A stretch of 64,000 nt of DNA from Chthoniobacterales bacterium (GCA_044359955.1 JBIKLF010000001.1:35941-99940), one strand, 5' to 3'; positions 38,149-48,096 are shown, numbered from the stretch's first letter. Translations and numbers: made by a program. Notes: a model not told the origin generated them from the letters alone.

Positions 38149-39393
38149 ATGGCCAAATTCCGAACTCTCCGCGACCTCGACTTCGCCGGCAAACGCGCGC
38201 TCATCCGTGTGGATTTCAATGTCCCGCAGGACAAAGCGACCGGCGCGATCACCAACAATCAGCGCATTGTCGCCGCACTCCCGACGATCGAACACGTGCT
38301 CGGCCATGGCGGATCCGTCGTGCTGATGAGCCACCTCGGACGTCCTAACGGCCAGAAGGTGGACAAATACACCCTTCAACCGGTCGCGGCGGAATTGGAA
38401 AAACTGCTCGGAAAACCGGTCAAGTTCGTCCCCGATTGCTCCGGCCCGGCAGCCGAAGAAGCCTGCGCCAAGTTGCACCCCGGCGATGTTGTCCTCCTCG
38501 AAAACCTCCGCTTTCACCTCGAGGAAGAGGGGAAAGCAAAGAACGAGGACGGGTCATCGGTCAAAGCCGACCCCGCCCAAGTCGCCGCCTTCCGCGCCAG
38601 TCTGAGCAAGCTCGGCGATGTCTATATCAATGATGCTTTCGGCACCGCGCACCGCGCGCATTCTTCGATGGTCGGGATCGATCTCCCGCAGAAAGCCGCC
38701 GGCTTTTTGATGGAGAAGGAACTCAATGCTTTCGCAGCCGTGCTCGAACATCCCCAGCGTCCGCTGCTCGCCATTCTCGGCGGCGCGAAGATCGCGGACA
38801 AAATTCCGCTCATCACCAATCTCATCGAGAAAGCCGACGCCATCATCATCGGCGGTGGCATGACCTACACCTTCAAAAAGGTGATTGATGGCATGGAAAT
38901 CGGCGACAGTCTTTTCGATCCCGAAGGCGCCAAGATCGTGGCTGATCTGGCCGCCAAGGCCGAAGCGCGCAAGGTGAAGCTCATTTTCCCGGTCGATTTT
39001 GTCTGCGGCGATGCCTTTTCACCCGACGCCAATACACAGATGGCCGACGACGCCTCGGGTATTCCGGCCGGCTGGGAAGGTCTCGATGCCGGTCCGAAGT
39101 CCATCGCGCTTTACCGCGAGGCCATCTTGGGCGCCAAGACCATCATTTGGAACGGTCCTCCCGGGGTCTTCGAATTCGAAAAATTTTCCGGCGCATCGAA
39201 AGCCATGGCCGAGGCGGTGGCCGAGGCCACGGCACAAGGCGCGACTACCGTGGTTGGAGGCGGTGACACGGCCACGGCGGCGAAAAAATTCGGGGTGGCA
39301 GACAAAGTCAGCCACTGCTCCACGGGCGGCGGGGCCAGTTTGGAATTCCTCGAGGGCAAGGTGCTTCCGGGCGTGGCGGCCTTGGCCGTTTGA
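38149..39393 (+). CDS. pgk: phosphoglycerate kinase
   Basis: RVDFNVP, SHLGRP and GGGDT motifs. Start trimmed from 38029. Confidence 0.95.
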   Translation: MAKFRTLRDLDFAGKRALIRVDFNVPQDKATGAITNNQRIVAALPTIEHVLGHGGSVVLMSHLGRPNGQKVDKYTLQPVAAELEKLLGKPVKFVPDCSGPAAEEACAKLHPGDVVLLENLRFHLEEEGKAKNEDGSSVKADPAQVAAFRASLSKLGDVYINDAFGTAHRAHSSMVGIDLPQKAAGFLMEKELNAFAAVLEHPQRPLLAILGGAKIADKIPLITNLIEKADAIIIGGGMTYTFKKVIDGMEIGDSLFDPEGAKIVADLAAKAEARKVKLIFPVDFVCGDAFSPDANTQMADDASGIPAGWEGLDAGPKSIALYREAILGAKTIIWNGPPGVFEFEKFSGASKAMAEAVAEATAQGATTVVGGGDTATAAKKFGVADKVSHCSTGGGASLEFLEGKVLPGVAALAV

Positions 39394-39471
39394 CCGGCTT
39401 CTTGCCGCTTTCCTCATACCAACCTACTCTTCTCTCTCACTTCCCCGTCCTCTCGCGAGGGCGGACTCGAC

Positions 39472-41055
39472 ATGCGCAAATTCCTTCATCGGCAGCAGTT
39501 GGTGAAAAAAGGCCTGGCCTGCGGCAAATCCCGCCGCACGGTTGAGGACAACCCGTGGCGCGAGGCGCTGGCCTGTGGTTGGCTGCCGCGGGTGGTTGTC
39601 TTCGTGCTTTTCGCCGTCGGTCTCGGGTTCCTCATTTTCACCGGCGGCCCGCAGGAGGAACCGCTCAAGAAATACCTCATCTGCCTGCTCGTCTTCGCCA
39701 TTTCCATCGCGCAACTCTGGGTCAACCACCCACAGGCATTCTACCGCAACTCGAGCCTCGCGCTCATCTACGGGATCCTCCTCACCCAGTTGGCCACGAT
39801 CAAAGGCCTGCTCGTGCTGGCCGACGCCGGGCGCATCGACTTGCAACTCTTGCCCATGCTGATTCCCTACGCGTTCGCGCCGCTCGTTTTTTCGGTGCTG
39901 CTCGGACGCCACCTCGGGCTTTTCGGCGCGGTGGTAGCCAGCTTGTGGGGTGCGTTTCTCATGCCGGTCATCGACACGGTCTTCCTCGTCATTTCGCTCA
40001 TCTCCGGGGTGGTTGCCGTGCTTTTCACCCTGCAAGTGCGCCGCCGCGGCCAACTCATCCGGGCCGGCCTCTATGTCGGCATCGCCGTTTGGTTGCTCGC
40101 CGCCATTTTTGGTCAGATCGGACCCCGGCTGATCACCGAACCGCAACTCACCGATTGGGGCATGGTCGGATGGCAAACTTTGGCCGCTTTCGGGGTGGGG
40201 GTTGGCACGGCTATCCTGGTCAGCGGCATCCTGCCCGTCCTCGAGCACATCTTCGGCATTACCACGGATATTTCGTGGCTCGAGTCGGCCGACCTGAATC
40301 ATCCCTTGCTGAAACGCATGACCCTCGAGGCGCCGGGCACTTACCATCACAGCCTCGCCGTGGCCAATCTCGCCGAGGCCGGTGCCGAATCCATCGGCGC
40401 GAATCCGACCATCTGCCGGGTCTGCGCCTATTTCCACGACATCGGGAAGATGGTGAAGCCGGAATATTTCACCGAAAATATGGCCGGCGGGGTCAATCCT
40501 CATGACGACCTCGCTCCTTCGATGAGCGCGCTCATCATCCTTTCGCACGTCAAAGAAGGCGTCGATCTCGGCCTGAAAAACAATCTCAACGACCTGGTGG
40601 TCGATGTCATTCGCGAACACCACGGCAACTCGCTGGTCCGCTTTTTCCACGACCGCGCGCGGCGCCAGGCCGAGGACGCCCGTCTCGGCGGAAAAATCAT
40701 GAACCTCCGGGCCGAGGATGTCCCCGCAGTGCAGGAAGAAAATTTCCGCTACCCCGGCCCGAACCCGCAGAGCAAAGAAAGCGGCATCATTTGCCTGGCC
40801 GATGCGGTGGAAAGCGCCTCGCGCAGTCTCAAACGCCCCACGCCGCAGCGGGTCGAGGACTTGGTCGACGAGGTGATCGAACGCAAGATGGATGAAGGCC
40901 TACTCGGCGAGTGTCCGCTCACCCTGGCCGACCTTCGCAAGCTGTCCGCCAGCTTCCGCTTCACCCTGCTCAACATGATGCACAGCCGCATTGCCTACGC
41001 CCAGGACGAGGAAAGGCCGGAGAAGGTTGAAGCGGAATCGAAGGCAACTGCTTGA
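39472..41055 (+). CDS. 7TM-HD (HDIG) membrane phosphohydrolase, PgpH/YqfF-like
   Basis: Seven TM segments followed by an HD domain (HSLAVANLA, YFHDIGK, REHHG). Confidence 0.8.
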   Translation: MRKFLHRQQLVKKGLACGKSRRTVEDNPWREALACGWLPRVVVFVLFAVGLGFLIFTGGPQEEPLKKYLICLLVFAISIAQLWVNHPQAFYRNSSLALIYGILLTQLATIKGLLVLADAGRIDLQLLPMLIPYAFAPLVFSVLLGRHLGLFGAVVASLWGAFLMPVIDTVFLVISLISGVVAVLFTLQVRRRGQLIRAGLYVGIAVWLLAAIFGQIGPRLITEPQLTDWGMVGWQTLAAFGVGVGTAILVSGILPVLEHIFGITTDISWLESADLNHPLLKRMTLEAPGTYHHSLAVANLAEAGAESIGANPTICRVCAYFHDIGKMVKPEYFTENMAGGVNPHDDLAPSMSALIILSHVKEGVDLGLKNNLNDLVVDVIREHHGNSLVRFFHDRARRQAEDARLGGKIMNLRAEDVPAVQEENFRYPGPNPQSKESGIICLADAVESASRSLKRPTPQRVEDLVDEVIERKMDEGLLGECPLTLADLRKLSASFRFTLLNMMHSRIAYAQDEERPEKVEAESKATA

Positions 41056-41058
41056 GTT

Positions 41059-41082
41059 GCAGCGGCGGTCTCTGACCGCCGG
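41059..41082 (+). repeat. REP-like family A copy
   Basis: GCAGCGGCGGTCTCTGACCGCCGG, 21 of 24 identical to 52103-52126. Internal hairpin ggcggtcTCTgaccgcc. Confidence 0.75.
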
Positions 41083-41133
41083 AAACCCACCTTCTGGCTT
41101 GGTCCGCGCTGCGCCAGGGCCTAAGCAAAGCTC

Positions 41134-41586
41134 ATGTGCACTGTCCCCGAATTGTCCTGGCTGAACCGCCAGCGGACGGTCTCCTCCCGTCAACTCCGGC
41201 TTCCCGTGGTCCGTCAGGTTGTGGAGTGCGCTTGGCCGGAGATTGTCGCCGCCGAGCGAAGGGATTCGGTCCTGACCAAGCAACAGGAAATTTTCTTCGT
41301 CCTGGTCTCAGATGCCAAGATCGCCGCACTGCACGAGGAATTCATGAATGAGCCGTCACCGACCGACGTCATCACCTTCCAGCACGGTGAAATCGTGATC
41401 AGCGCCGAAACGGCCAAACGCGAGGCGCAGCAACGTAGTTTGTCCCTGCCGGAGGAAATCGCGCGCTACGCCGTGCACGGCATGCTGCACCTTGCCGGAT
41501 GGTCTGATGCCAACCCTCGCGCCGCCGCCGCCATGCGCGCCATGCAGGAGAAAATTTTGCGCCGCGCCCTGCGTGGATTGTGCTAA
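41134..41586 (+). CDS. ybeY: rRNA maturation RNase YbeY
   Basis: HGMLHLAGW zinc-binding motif. Confidence 0.9.
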   Translation: MCTVPELSWLNRQRTVSSRQLRLPVVRQVVECAWPEIVAAERRDSVLTKQQEIFFVLVSDAKIAALHEEFMNEPSPTDVITFQHGEIVISAETAKREAQQRSLSLPEEIARYAVHGMLHLAGWSDANPRAAAAMRAMQEKILRRALRGLC

Positions 41587-42194
41587 GTTCGGCCATGCTC
41601 CAGCCCGTGCCCACCTCCGATCCGGCGGCCGAAATCGCCGCGTGGTGGCGCCTTGTCGGATTGTGCCTGCCCTCGCATGAGGTGTGCGGTGCCGTCACTT
41701 TCGCGCCGGCGGGCCCTGAAACGCTCGATGCCGACTGGTATCGCTGGGTGGCCGAAGTTTTTCTGCCCATTTTGCATCCCTCGTTGACCGCCCTTCAGTC
41801 GGCGGCCGCGCGGCAGGATGTGGCGGCAGTGCTGGCCGAGGATGCCGCACTCGGGGCAGAATTGCCGGCGGATTTGTCGGGCGGAAGTCTGGCAGCCGGA
41901 CGGCACCTGCTGACCGCTTTTCAGCCTCCCCAAGGTGCAAGGTTGCTCGAGAGGCTTTCGGAGGCTGCGCTGGTCGACCCCTTGGCTGGTCACTTGGCCA
42001 CCGTCTTTGCCGCCCGCGGGCAGGCCTTTCATCTCCCCTTCCTGCAGGTCGCCGGTGCGCTCCTGCTCGCTGAGTGTGTTCTCGGGGCGGATGCGGCGGG
42101 CGTGACCTTGCCGGCCGCGCAGACCATCGACCTGCTGCAGAGTGCCTTGGATCGTATGGAGGCATTGCCTGCCGTGCAGTTGCTCGCGGTATGA
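41580..42194 (+). CDS. hypothetical Ala/Leu-rich protein
   Basis: 204-aa ORF overlapping the ybeY stop region. Its stop overlaps the clpS ATG (ATGA). No domain recognised. Confidence 0.45.
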   Translation: MLSSAMLQPVPTSDPAAEIAAWWRLVGLCLPSHEVCGAVTFAPAGPETLDADWYRWVAEVFLPILHPSLTALQSAAARQDVAAVLAEDAALGAELPADLSGGSLAAGRHLLTAFQPPQGARLLERLSEAALVDPLAGHLATVFAARGQAFHLPFLQVAGALLLAECVLGADAAGVTLPAAQTIDLLQSALDRMEALPAVQLLAV

Positions 42195-42481
42195 GTGGCA
42201 CTGCTGTCATCACCGGAGTCGAAACGCGCAACCAAGATGCGGTGGACGCTCCTTGGAATGTCGTGGTGCACAACGATCCCGTGAATCTCATGTCCTACGT
42301 CACCATGGTCTTCCAACGGGTCATGGGTTTCCCGCGGGACAAAGCGACCAAGCACATGCTCGAGGTGCATCACAAAGGCAGATCCCTCGTCTGGTCCGGC
42401 GAACGCGAGCGCGCGGAGTCCATCGTCGAGCAGTTTCATGGATATTTGCTCCTCGCCACGATCGAGCAGGCGGAACTCTGA
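42191..42481 (+). CDS. clpS: ATP-dependent Clp protease adaptor ClpS
   Basis: WNVVVHNDPVNLMSYVTMVFQRV and MLEVHHKGR motifs. Start trimmed from 42074. Confidence 0.9.
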   Translation: MSGTAVITGVETRNQDAVDAPWNVVVHNDPVNLMSYVTMVFQRVMGFPRDKATKHMLEVHHKGRSLVWSGERERAESIVEQFHGYLLLATIEQAEL

Positions 42482-42484
42482 CCC

Positions 42485-42958
42485 ATGCGTTTCCGCCGCG
42501 CCTCGACCGATTCGTGGGAACTCCGCGACATCCATCCGCTTTTTGCTTCGCTCCTGACCGAACTGCCGAAGGCGGCCTCTCGCCACAAGAAAGCGCAGGC
42601 CCGACTTTATCCGGACCCGATCGGCGGTGAGGACCACACGGAGTTTCGCCGCGATTGGAAGGAGCATGTAAGGCCGGAGCTGGAGCGTCTGTTTGCCTCG
42701 AGTCGCGATATTGTGGCGCGAGATTTATCCGCGCTCGGCGGCAATGGCACCAAACTCGTCATCCCCAGCGTTCATCTTGAAGCTTGGCTCAACGCCCTCA
42801 ACCAGGCGCGCTTGGTCATTGTGGAAGAAAGCAATTTCAGCGAAGCCGACTTGGATCATCGTGAGCCTCCGGACCTTGCCACGCGGCGCGGCATGTCGCT
42901 GCTCAAAATGCATTTTTACGCCCACCTGCAGGAGTTGCTCGTCGAGGCGGCGGGCTGA
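42485..42958 (+). CDS. DUF2017-like protein (conserved ClpS neighbour)
   Basis: RLYPDP...EFRR...EAWLNALNQARLVI...HLQELLVEA matches my recollection of the DUF2017 pattern found next to actinobacterial clpS. Confidence 0.55.
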   Translation: MRFRRASTDSWELRDIHPLFASLLTELPKAASRHKKAQARLYPDPIGGEDHTEFRRDWKEHVRPELERLFASSRDIVARDLSALGGNGTKLVIPSVHLEAWLNALNQARLVIVEESNFSEADLDHREPPDLATRRGMSLLKMHFYAHLQELLVEAAG

Positions 42959-43501
42959 ATGCCCATGCCTGTCGCTGAAACCACCGAGGCCATTCTGCTT
43001 CGCCGGGCGCGCTTCGGTGAGTCGAGCTTCGTGCTCATTTGGTTGTCGCCCGACCACGGGAAGATCCGCTCCGCGGCCCGCGGCACGGCAAAGCGCGACA
43101 GCAAACTGCGGGGAAGATTGGATCTTTTTTACCACGCCGAAATTCAATTCGCGGCCGGACGGAAGTCCGACCTGAGCGCCTTGCGCGAAGTGAAGCTGCT
43201 GCAGACTTGGGAAGGATTGCGTGGTAGCTACGCGCGCCTGCTCGCCGCTTCTTATTTCGCGGAGCTGTGCGATCTGCTGTGCGAACCATCCCATGCCGCC
43301 CCGGGACTCTTTGACCTGCTGCGCCGGGCGCTGGCTTATCTCTGCGACAAAGATCCGACGCGCCGCTCCATCGAGTTTTTCGAGTCGGAGACCTGCCGCT
43401 TGCTTGGCTTCGGGCACAACGGGAATGCCTTGGGCGCGATCGAGGCCCATGCCGGTCGGATTCCGGCCAGCCGCCGGCGGCTCGCCGGGGTTTTTGTCTG
43501 A
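42959..43501 (+). CDS. recO: DNA repair protein RecO (short form)
   Basis: N-terminal OB-fold pattern (EAILLRRARFGESSFVLIWLSPDHGKI, ARG..K). Starts immediately after the previous stop. Confidence 0.8.
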   Translation: MPMPVAETTEAILLRRARFGESSFVLIWLSPDHGKIRSAARGTAKRDSKLRGRLDLFYHAEIQFAAGRKSDLSALREVKLLQTWEGLRGSYARLLAASYFAELCDLLCEPSHAAPGLFDLLRRALAYLCDKDPTRRSIEFFESETCRLLGFGHNGNALGAIEAHAGRIPASRRRLAGVFV

Positions 43502-43548
43502 CCGATTGGGTGATTGCCGCCGCGCCGCCTTCATCTTAACCTACCGCC

Positions 43549-44253
43549 ATGGCGCCGGCCGCCTCCCCGCATCCACCCGAGTTTATCGAGCGGGACCATG
43601 CGTCGTTGTCGCTCGAGGTCGCCGGAGACAAAGCCGCCTCGCGCGGTGATGAGCGCGAAGCTCTTTCCTGCTGGGACGAGTCCCTGCATATTCTCACCGA
43701 CCGGGCCAAGTCAGCCGATGCGGCGCGCGTGGCTTCGAAAATGGCCATGACCGAAGAGAGTCTGGGCGATGCGCAGGATGCCTGTGCTCACTACGCCCAA
43801 GCCGCCGATCTTTACAAACTGGCCGGCGACAAACACCGCGTGCCGATCTGCCTGAACAATCTCGCCATGCTGCGAAAGCTTTCCGGCGAGTTGGAGGAAG
43901 CCGCTGCCTTGCTCGCGCGCGCCCTCGACGAGGCCTCGCGTTGCCATGGAAGCACGCACGGTGAAACCGCGCTGATTGCCACCAATCTCGGCGCGGTGCT
44001 CTGCGAGTGCGGCGACCTGCTCGGTGCCGAGCAGCGCCACATGCAGGCTCTCGGGATCAGGGAACAACTCTTCGGGCCAACGCATCCCGAAGTCGGCCTG
44101 AGTCTCGGCCATCTCGGAGTGCTTCACCAGATGCGCGGTGATCATGAAGGAGCCCGCCGCTTTTACACCTCCGCGCTCGCCATCCTCGACGAGTTCCCAC
44201 AACTGCACGAAACCGAACGAACCATCCTCCGCGAAAACGTGGCCGGTCTTTGA
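43549..44253 (+). CDS. tetratricopeptide repeat protein (TPR_12-like)
   Basis: Repeated NNLAMLRKLSGELEEA / TNLGAVLCECGDLLGA units. Confidence 0.7.
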   Translation: MAPAASPHPPEFIERDHASLSLEVAGDKAASRGDEREALSCWDESLHILTDRAKSADAARVASKMAMTEESLGDAQDACAHYAQAADLYKLAGDKHRVPICLNNLAMLRKLSGELEEAAALLARALDEASRCHGSTHGETALIATNLGAVLCECGDLLGAEQRHMQALGIREQLFGPTHPEVGLSLGHLGVLHQMRGDHEGARRFYTSALAILDEFPQLHETERTILRENVAGL

Positions 44254-44287
44254 GCAACCACCTCCGTGGCTGGGTAGAAGCAGGTGA

Positions 44288-45145
44288 TCAACAACCCGGG
44301 GCGCGGAGGAGAAGGGTGACCCATTTGCCGCGGCGGGTTGAGGTTTCGAGTTGGAGGCCCCGGGCGGTGAAGCTGGTCAGGGTTTCCTTTTCGAGGGTGC
44401 GCAGGATGCCGGAGAGAATAAGGCAGGCCTTGGGCCTCAGGGTGGCGACAATTTGCGGAGCGGCGGCACAGAGGATCTCGCTGAAGACATTGGCCATGAC
44501 CACGGGATAGCGGCGGGTCGGTCGCCATGTGAGGAGATCGCGATGGGTGAGGGTCACGCGGGTGCAATGGTTGCGGCGGAGGTTGGCACGTGCCGCGGGG
44601 AGGGCGCGCGGATCGTAGTCGAAAGCATCGACGCGGGTGGCACCGAGTTTTTCGGCGGTGATGGCCAAAATTCCGGAGCCGGTGCCGATATCCAAAGCGG
44701 TCCATCCCGGTTCCTGACGGGCTGCTTCGCGGCGGAGCAGGCGCAGGCAGGCGGCGGTGGTGGCATGTTCGCCGGTCCCGAAAGCCATCGCGCCGGCAAT
44801 GCGGAGAAGGATGCGGGGCTTGGGGCGCGTGGATGGCCAGCGTCCGTGGGCGTCGATGACGGCCAGGTCGGACGCGAGCTGCAGCGGCCGGCGCGGGGCA
44901 TTGGCCCGTTGGGCAATTTTCGCGGCGTCGATGGTTTCGATTTTGCCGCCGAAGTCCCGCTTCAGATGGCGCAGGATGACGTCTGTTCCATAAGCTTCCA
45001 GCCGGATCATTCTTCCGCCCGGGCGGGCGAGGCTGACCAAGCCGGTTCCGAGGAAGGCGAGTCGTTCGCGCCACGCATCTTCATGGTGAGCGGAGGCGTG
45101 ACGCACCCAACGCAGGACGTGGCGCGGGGCCGGTTTCGTTTTCAT
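44288..45145 (-). CDS. prmA: 50S ribosomal protein L11 methyltransferase
   Basis: FGTGEHATTAACL and LDIGTGSGILAI motifs. Confidence 0.85.
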   Translation of the reverse strand: MKTKPAPRHVLRWVRHASAHHEDAWRERLAFLGTGLVSLARPGGRMIRLEAYGTDVILRHLKRDFGGKIETIDAAKIAQRANAPRRPLQLASDLAVIDAHGRWPSTRPKPRILLRIAGAMAFGTGEHATTAACLRLLRREAARQEPGWTALDIGTGSGILAITAEKLGATRVDAFDYDPRALPAARANLRRNHCTRVTLTHRDLLTWRPTRRYPVVMANVFSEILCAAAPQIVATLRPKACLILSGILRTLEKETLTSFTARGLQLETSTRRGKWVTLLLRAPGC

Positions 45146-45207
45146 GCGGTCACGCTGGATTTATTTGCTTCGCGGCACAAGTCCGGGGCGGTTAGGCTTT
45201 TTGGATC

Positions 45208-45648
45208 ATGATCAAATCATACGCGCAATGGATCACCGGTGCTGGAGGAGAGTGGCTGAAGGACGTTGGCTTGCTTGTTCTGCGGGTCTGGCTGGGATTG
45301 TCCATGCTTCTCTTGCATGGCTGGGGGAAGGTCGCGAGCCACGCGGAGAACTCGGGCGGGTTCCCCGATCCACTGGGGGTGGGCAACGCGATGAGTTTGA
45401 ACCTGGTCATTTTTTCCGAGGTCTTCTGCGCGGTCTTGCTGGTGGCGGGTTTGGCCGCTCGGTTCGCTTTGGTGCCCCTCATTGTCACCATGGCGGTGGC
45501 TTTTTTCCTCATTCATGGCGGGCGTTTGGTCGGCGACGGCAACGGCGAAATGGCGTTCCTTTACCTCGCCGGCTTTGTCGCTCTCTTGATCGCGGGTCCG
45601 GGTCGCTACTCCTTCGACCACTACGTCCTGCGCGCTTTTCGCGGTTAG
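45208..45648 (+). CDS. DoxX family membrane protein
   Basis: Four TM segments and the LLVLRVWLGLSMLLLHGWGKV pattern. Confidence 0.8.
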   Translation: MIKSYAQWITGAGGEWLKDVGLLVLRVWLGLSMLLLHGWGKVASHAENSGGFPDPLGVGNAMSLNLVIFSEVFCAVLLVAGLAARFALVPLIVTMAVAFFLIHGGRLVGDGNGEMAFLYLAGFVALLIAGPGRYSFDHYVLRAFRG

Positions 45649-45681
45649 GATTGGCCGGCGGCCCGCTAGGATATCTGGCTT

Positions 45682-46986
45682 ATGCATGAGTTTTCTTATC
45701 GCGACGGGGTGCTTTGTTGTGAAGGGGTGGCACTGACGGATCTGGCCGCGGAGCACGGGACACCGCTTTACGTCTACAGCGCCAAGACGATTCGCGACCA
45801 TTACCGCCGGTTGGACGAGGCCCTGTCGGGGCTCGATCACCAGGTGTGTTTTGCCATGAAGGCGAACTCAAATCTTGCGGTGCTCGATTTGCTGGCCCGC
45901 GAGGGGGCGGGATTCGACATCGTGTCGGGCGGGGAACTTTTCCGCGTGCTCCAATCCGGCGGGCAGGCGGGCTCTTGTACCTTCGCCGGGGTGGGCAAGA
46001 CGCGGGAGGAAATCGAATATGCCCTCAAGGAGGGTGTTTATTCCTTCAATGTGGAGTCCGAGCCGGAATTGGAGTTCATCAACGAGGTGGCGGGGGCACT
46101 GGGCAAGAGGGCGCCGGTGGCCTTGCGGGTCAATCCGGATGTCGATGCCCAGACCCACAAATACATTTCGACCGGCAAGAGCCACAACAAGTTCGGCATC
46201 GGGATCGACCGTATTCTCGGAGTTTATGCCCAGGCGGCAAAGTTGCCGCATCTGCAGATCCGCGGAATCCAGACGCACATCGGGTCGCAGATTCTCGAGA
46301 CGACGCCCTTTGTCGAAGCGCTGGGCAAGCTCGTGCCGATCGTCGAGGAGTTAAAAAAAGCCTACGCGATTGAGTTCTTCAGCATCGGCGGCGGAGTGGG
46401 GATCGTCTACCATGGCACGTTGGAAAGCGGTGCTCCGGAATGGTGGCAGCGGGCCGACGCGGATGGCGGGAAGCGGATCGGATTTGACGACTACGCCCGG
46501 GCGGTCGTGCCTTTGCTCAAACCGCTCGGGTTGAAAATCCTGCTCGAACCGGGCCGCAGTCTGGTCGGCAATGCGGGAGCGCTTCTGGCCAGCGTGCTGT
46601 ATGTGAAGAAAACACCGGCGAAGAACTTTGTCATCACCGATGCGGGGATGAACGATTTGATCCGGCCGGCTTTGTACGAGGGGCATCACGAGATTGTTCC
46701 GTTGAAAAAACCGGCTCCGTCTGCGGCCAGCGGGCCGGTCGATGTGGTCGGTCCGGTCTGCGAGAGCGGGGACTTTTTTGCGCAAGACCGGGAGTTGTCC
46801 GAGGTCAGCGCCGGTGAGCAGATTGCCTTACTGAGCGCGGGAGCCTACGGGTTTGTCATGGCGTCGAATTACAATTCGCGTCGTTTGCCGGCGGAGATTT
46901 TGGTGGAGGGGGAGAAGGCGCTTGTGGTGCGGGAACGGCAGACTTGGGATGATTTGATTGCGGGGGAGAGAGTGCCGGGGAGATAG
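45682..46986 (+). CDS. lysA: diaminopimelate decarboxylase
   Basis: 434 aa with the PLP-binding lysine region (CFAMKAN) and the EPGRSLVG and GPVCESGD motifs. Confidence 0.95.
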   Translation: MHEFSYRDGVLCCEGVALTDLAAEHGTPLYVYSAKTIRDHYRRLDEALSGLDHQVCFAMKANSNLAVLDLLAREGAGFDIVSGGELFRVLQSGGQAGSCTFAGVGKTREEIEYALKEGVYSFNVESEPELEFINEVAGALGKRAPVALRVNPDVDAQTHKYISTGKSHNKFGIGIDRILGVYAQAAKLPHLQIRGIQTHIGSQILETTPFVEALGKLVPIVEELKKAYAIEFFSIGGGVGIVYHGTLESGAPEWWQRADADGGKRIGFDDYARAVVPLLKPLGLKILLEPGRSLVGNAGALLASVLYVKKTPAKNFVITDAGMNDLIRPALYEGHHEIVPLKKPAPSAASGPVDVVGPVCESGDFFAQDRELSEVSAGEQIALLSAGAYGFVMASNYNSRRLPAEILVEGEKALVVRERQTWDDLIAGERVPGR

Positions 46987-47099
46987 CCAGCGCGCAGAGG
47001 GCGCGGAGACAAAGGTGGATCGCGCCGTCCCGGCGCGATTTGTCTGGGCTGAAATCGCGTTGTCCCAACGCGATCCACCTTGGTGTGGCGCGGCTGGCT
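46985..47099. repeat. about 115-nt nested inverted repeat containing a REP-like family D pair
   Basis: Outer arms are agccagcgcgc / gcgcggctggct. Middle arms aaggtggatcgcg (47012-47024) and cgcgatccacctt (47069-47081) are perfect. Each half is itself a hairpin: GTGGATCGCGCCgtcccGGCGCGAT (47015-47039) and its partner on the minus strand (47054-47078). Confidence 0.85.
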
Positions 47100-47103
47100 G
47101 ACC

Positions 47104-47982
47104 TTACCGGGGCAAATCGAGGGGGCGGCCGACGAAGATGCCGGCATGTTTGCCGAACTTGTTCAGATAGTCGCTCAGCCGGTCATCGAGGACGACCTCA
47201 CGGTGGTTTTTCGACGCATGGAGAAAGCGCAGGACCCCGTTTTTGTCCCGCGAGGCGATGCCGACGTGGGAGGTGTAGGTCTCGTGCCAGGTGGTGACGA
47301 TGCAGATAATGTCGCCATTGCGCAGTTGCGACTCGATGCGGGGCACCTGGGCCTTCGGGACGTAGGTGATACCCCGGCGGGAGAGTTCGTTTTCCACCCG
47401 GATGAATTCCGGGACCATAGAGGGATCGGCGCGCAGTTGGCGGTAAAGATGCGGCTTTTTCCCCATGTAAGCCATGCGCCGGTGGAGTTTTTTGCCACCG
47501 AGCGAGGGCGTAATATCTTTGACCAATCCGCGCCGTTCGTTGTCTTGGATCCAGTCTTCCAGATGGTGCAACCGTGAGTCGAACCGTCCGGTGCAGCGGC
47601 CTCCACGGTAGCGGTCCATTTCGATGAGGCGCAGCATTTCCTGCGGCGAGTAGGGCGGAGAGTGCAGGGCGACGAGGCGCCCCATGGCGAGGGCGATTTC
47701 GAAAAGGGTCCAGCAGTCCATACCCTTCATGTTGACCGACGGGGACTCGGTCACATCGTGCAACTCCAGCGTGTAATTCACGTAAGGCGTGCCGCGCAGG
47801 GCGAGGGCGAATTTGTTCACCCGCTCCCCGAGTGGCAGCTTGGCCCAACCGGCGCGGTAACCCCGTTCCATGATCTGTTGGAATTTGTCCTGCCCGATAA
47901 AGGTCCGCTCCAAAGGCAATCCGGCGGAAGCCGGGCGGGACAGGACAACCAACAAACTGAGCAAAAGAAAAGCAGCGCGCAT
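47104..47982 (-). CDS. DUF1460-like (N-acetylmuramoyl-L-alanine amidase-like) secreted protein
   Basis: Signal peptide MRAAFLLLSLLVVLSRPASA. The MDCWTLFE and SHVGIA regions recall DUF1460. The track start is 48012 (TTG). Confidence 0.6.
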   Translation of the reverse strand: MRAAFLLLSLLVVLSRPASAGLPLERTFIGQDKFQQIMERGYRAGWAKLPLGERVNKFALALRGTPYVNYTLELHDVTESPSVNMKGMDCWTLFEIALAMGRLVALHSPPYSPQEMLRLIEMDRYRGGRCTGRFDSRLHHLEDWIQDNERRGLVKDITPSLGGKKLHRRMAYMGKKPHLYRQLRADPSMVPEFIRVENELSRRGITYVPKAQVPRIESQLRNGDIICIVTTWHETYTSHVGIASRDKNGVLRFLHASKNHREVVLDDRLSDYLNKFGKHAGIFVGRPLDLPR

Positions 47983-48041
47983 CGCGGCGGAACCTACCAC
48001 AGCGGAGGTCAACGCGCCAACAGGGCCTTGCCCTGCAGTTC

Positions 48042-48054
48042 TTATTAGTAATTA
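48042..48054. promoter_or_regulatory. candidate Fur-family operator (AT-rich near-palindrome)
   Basis: TTATTAgTAATTA (6-1-6 with one mismatch) sits inside the only AT-rich patch (48039-48075) upstream of the fur-family gene. Confidence 0.3.
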
Positions 48055-48096
48055 TTCTTGAAACAATTTGCTTTTGGCCCGAGATTGCAGGGTCCG

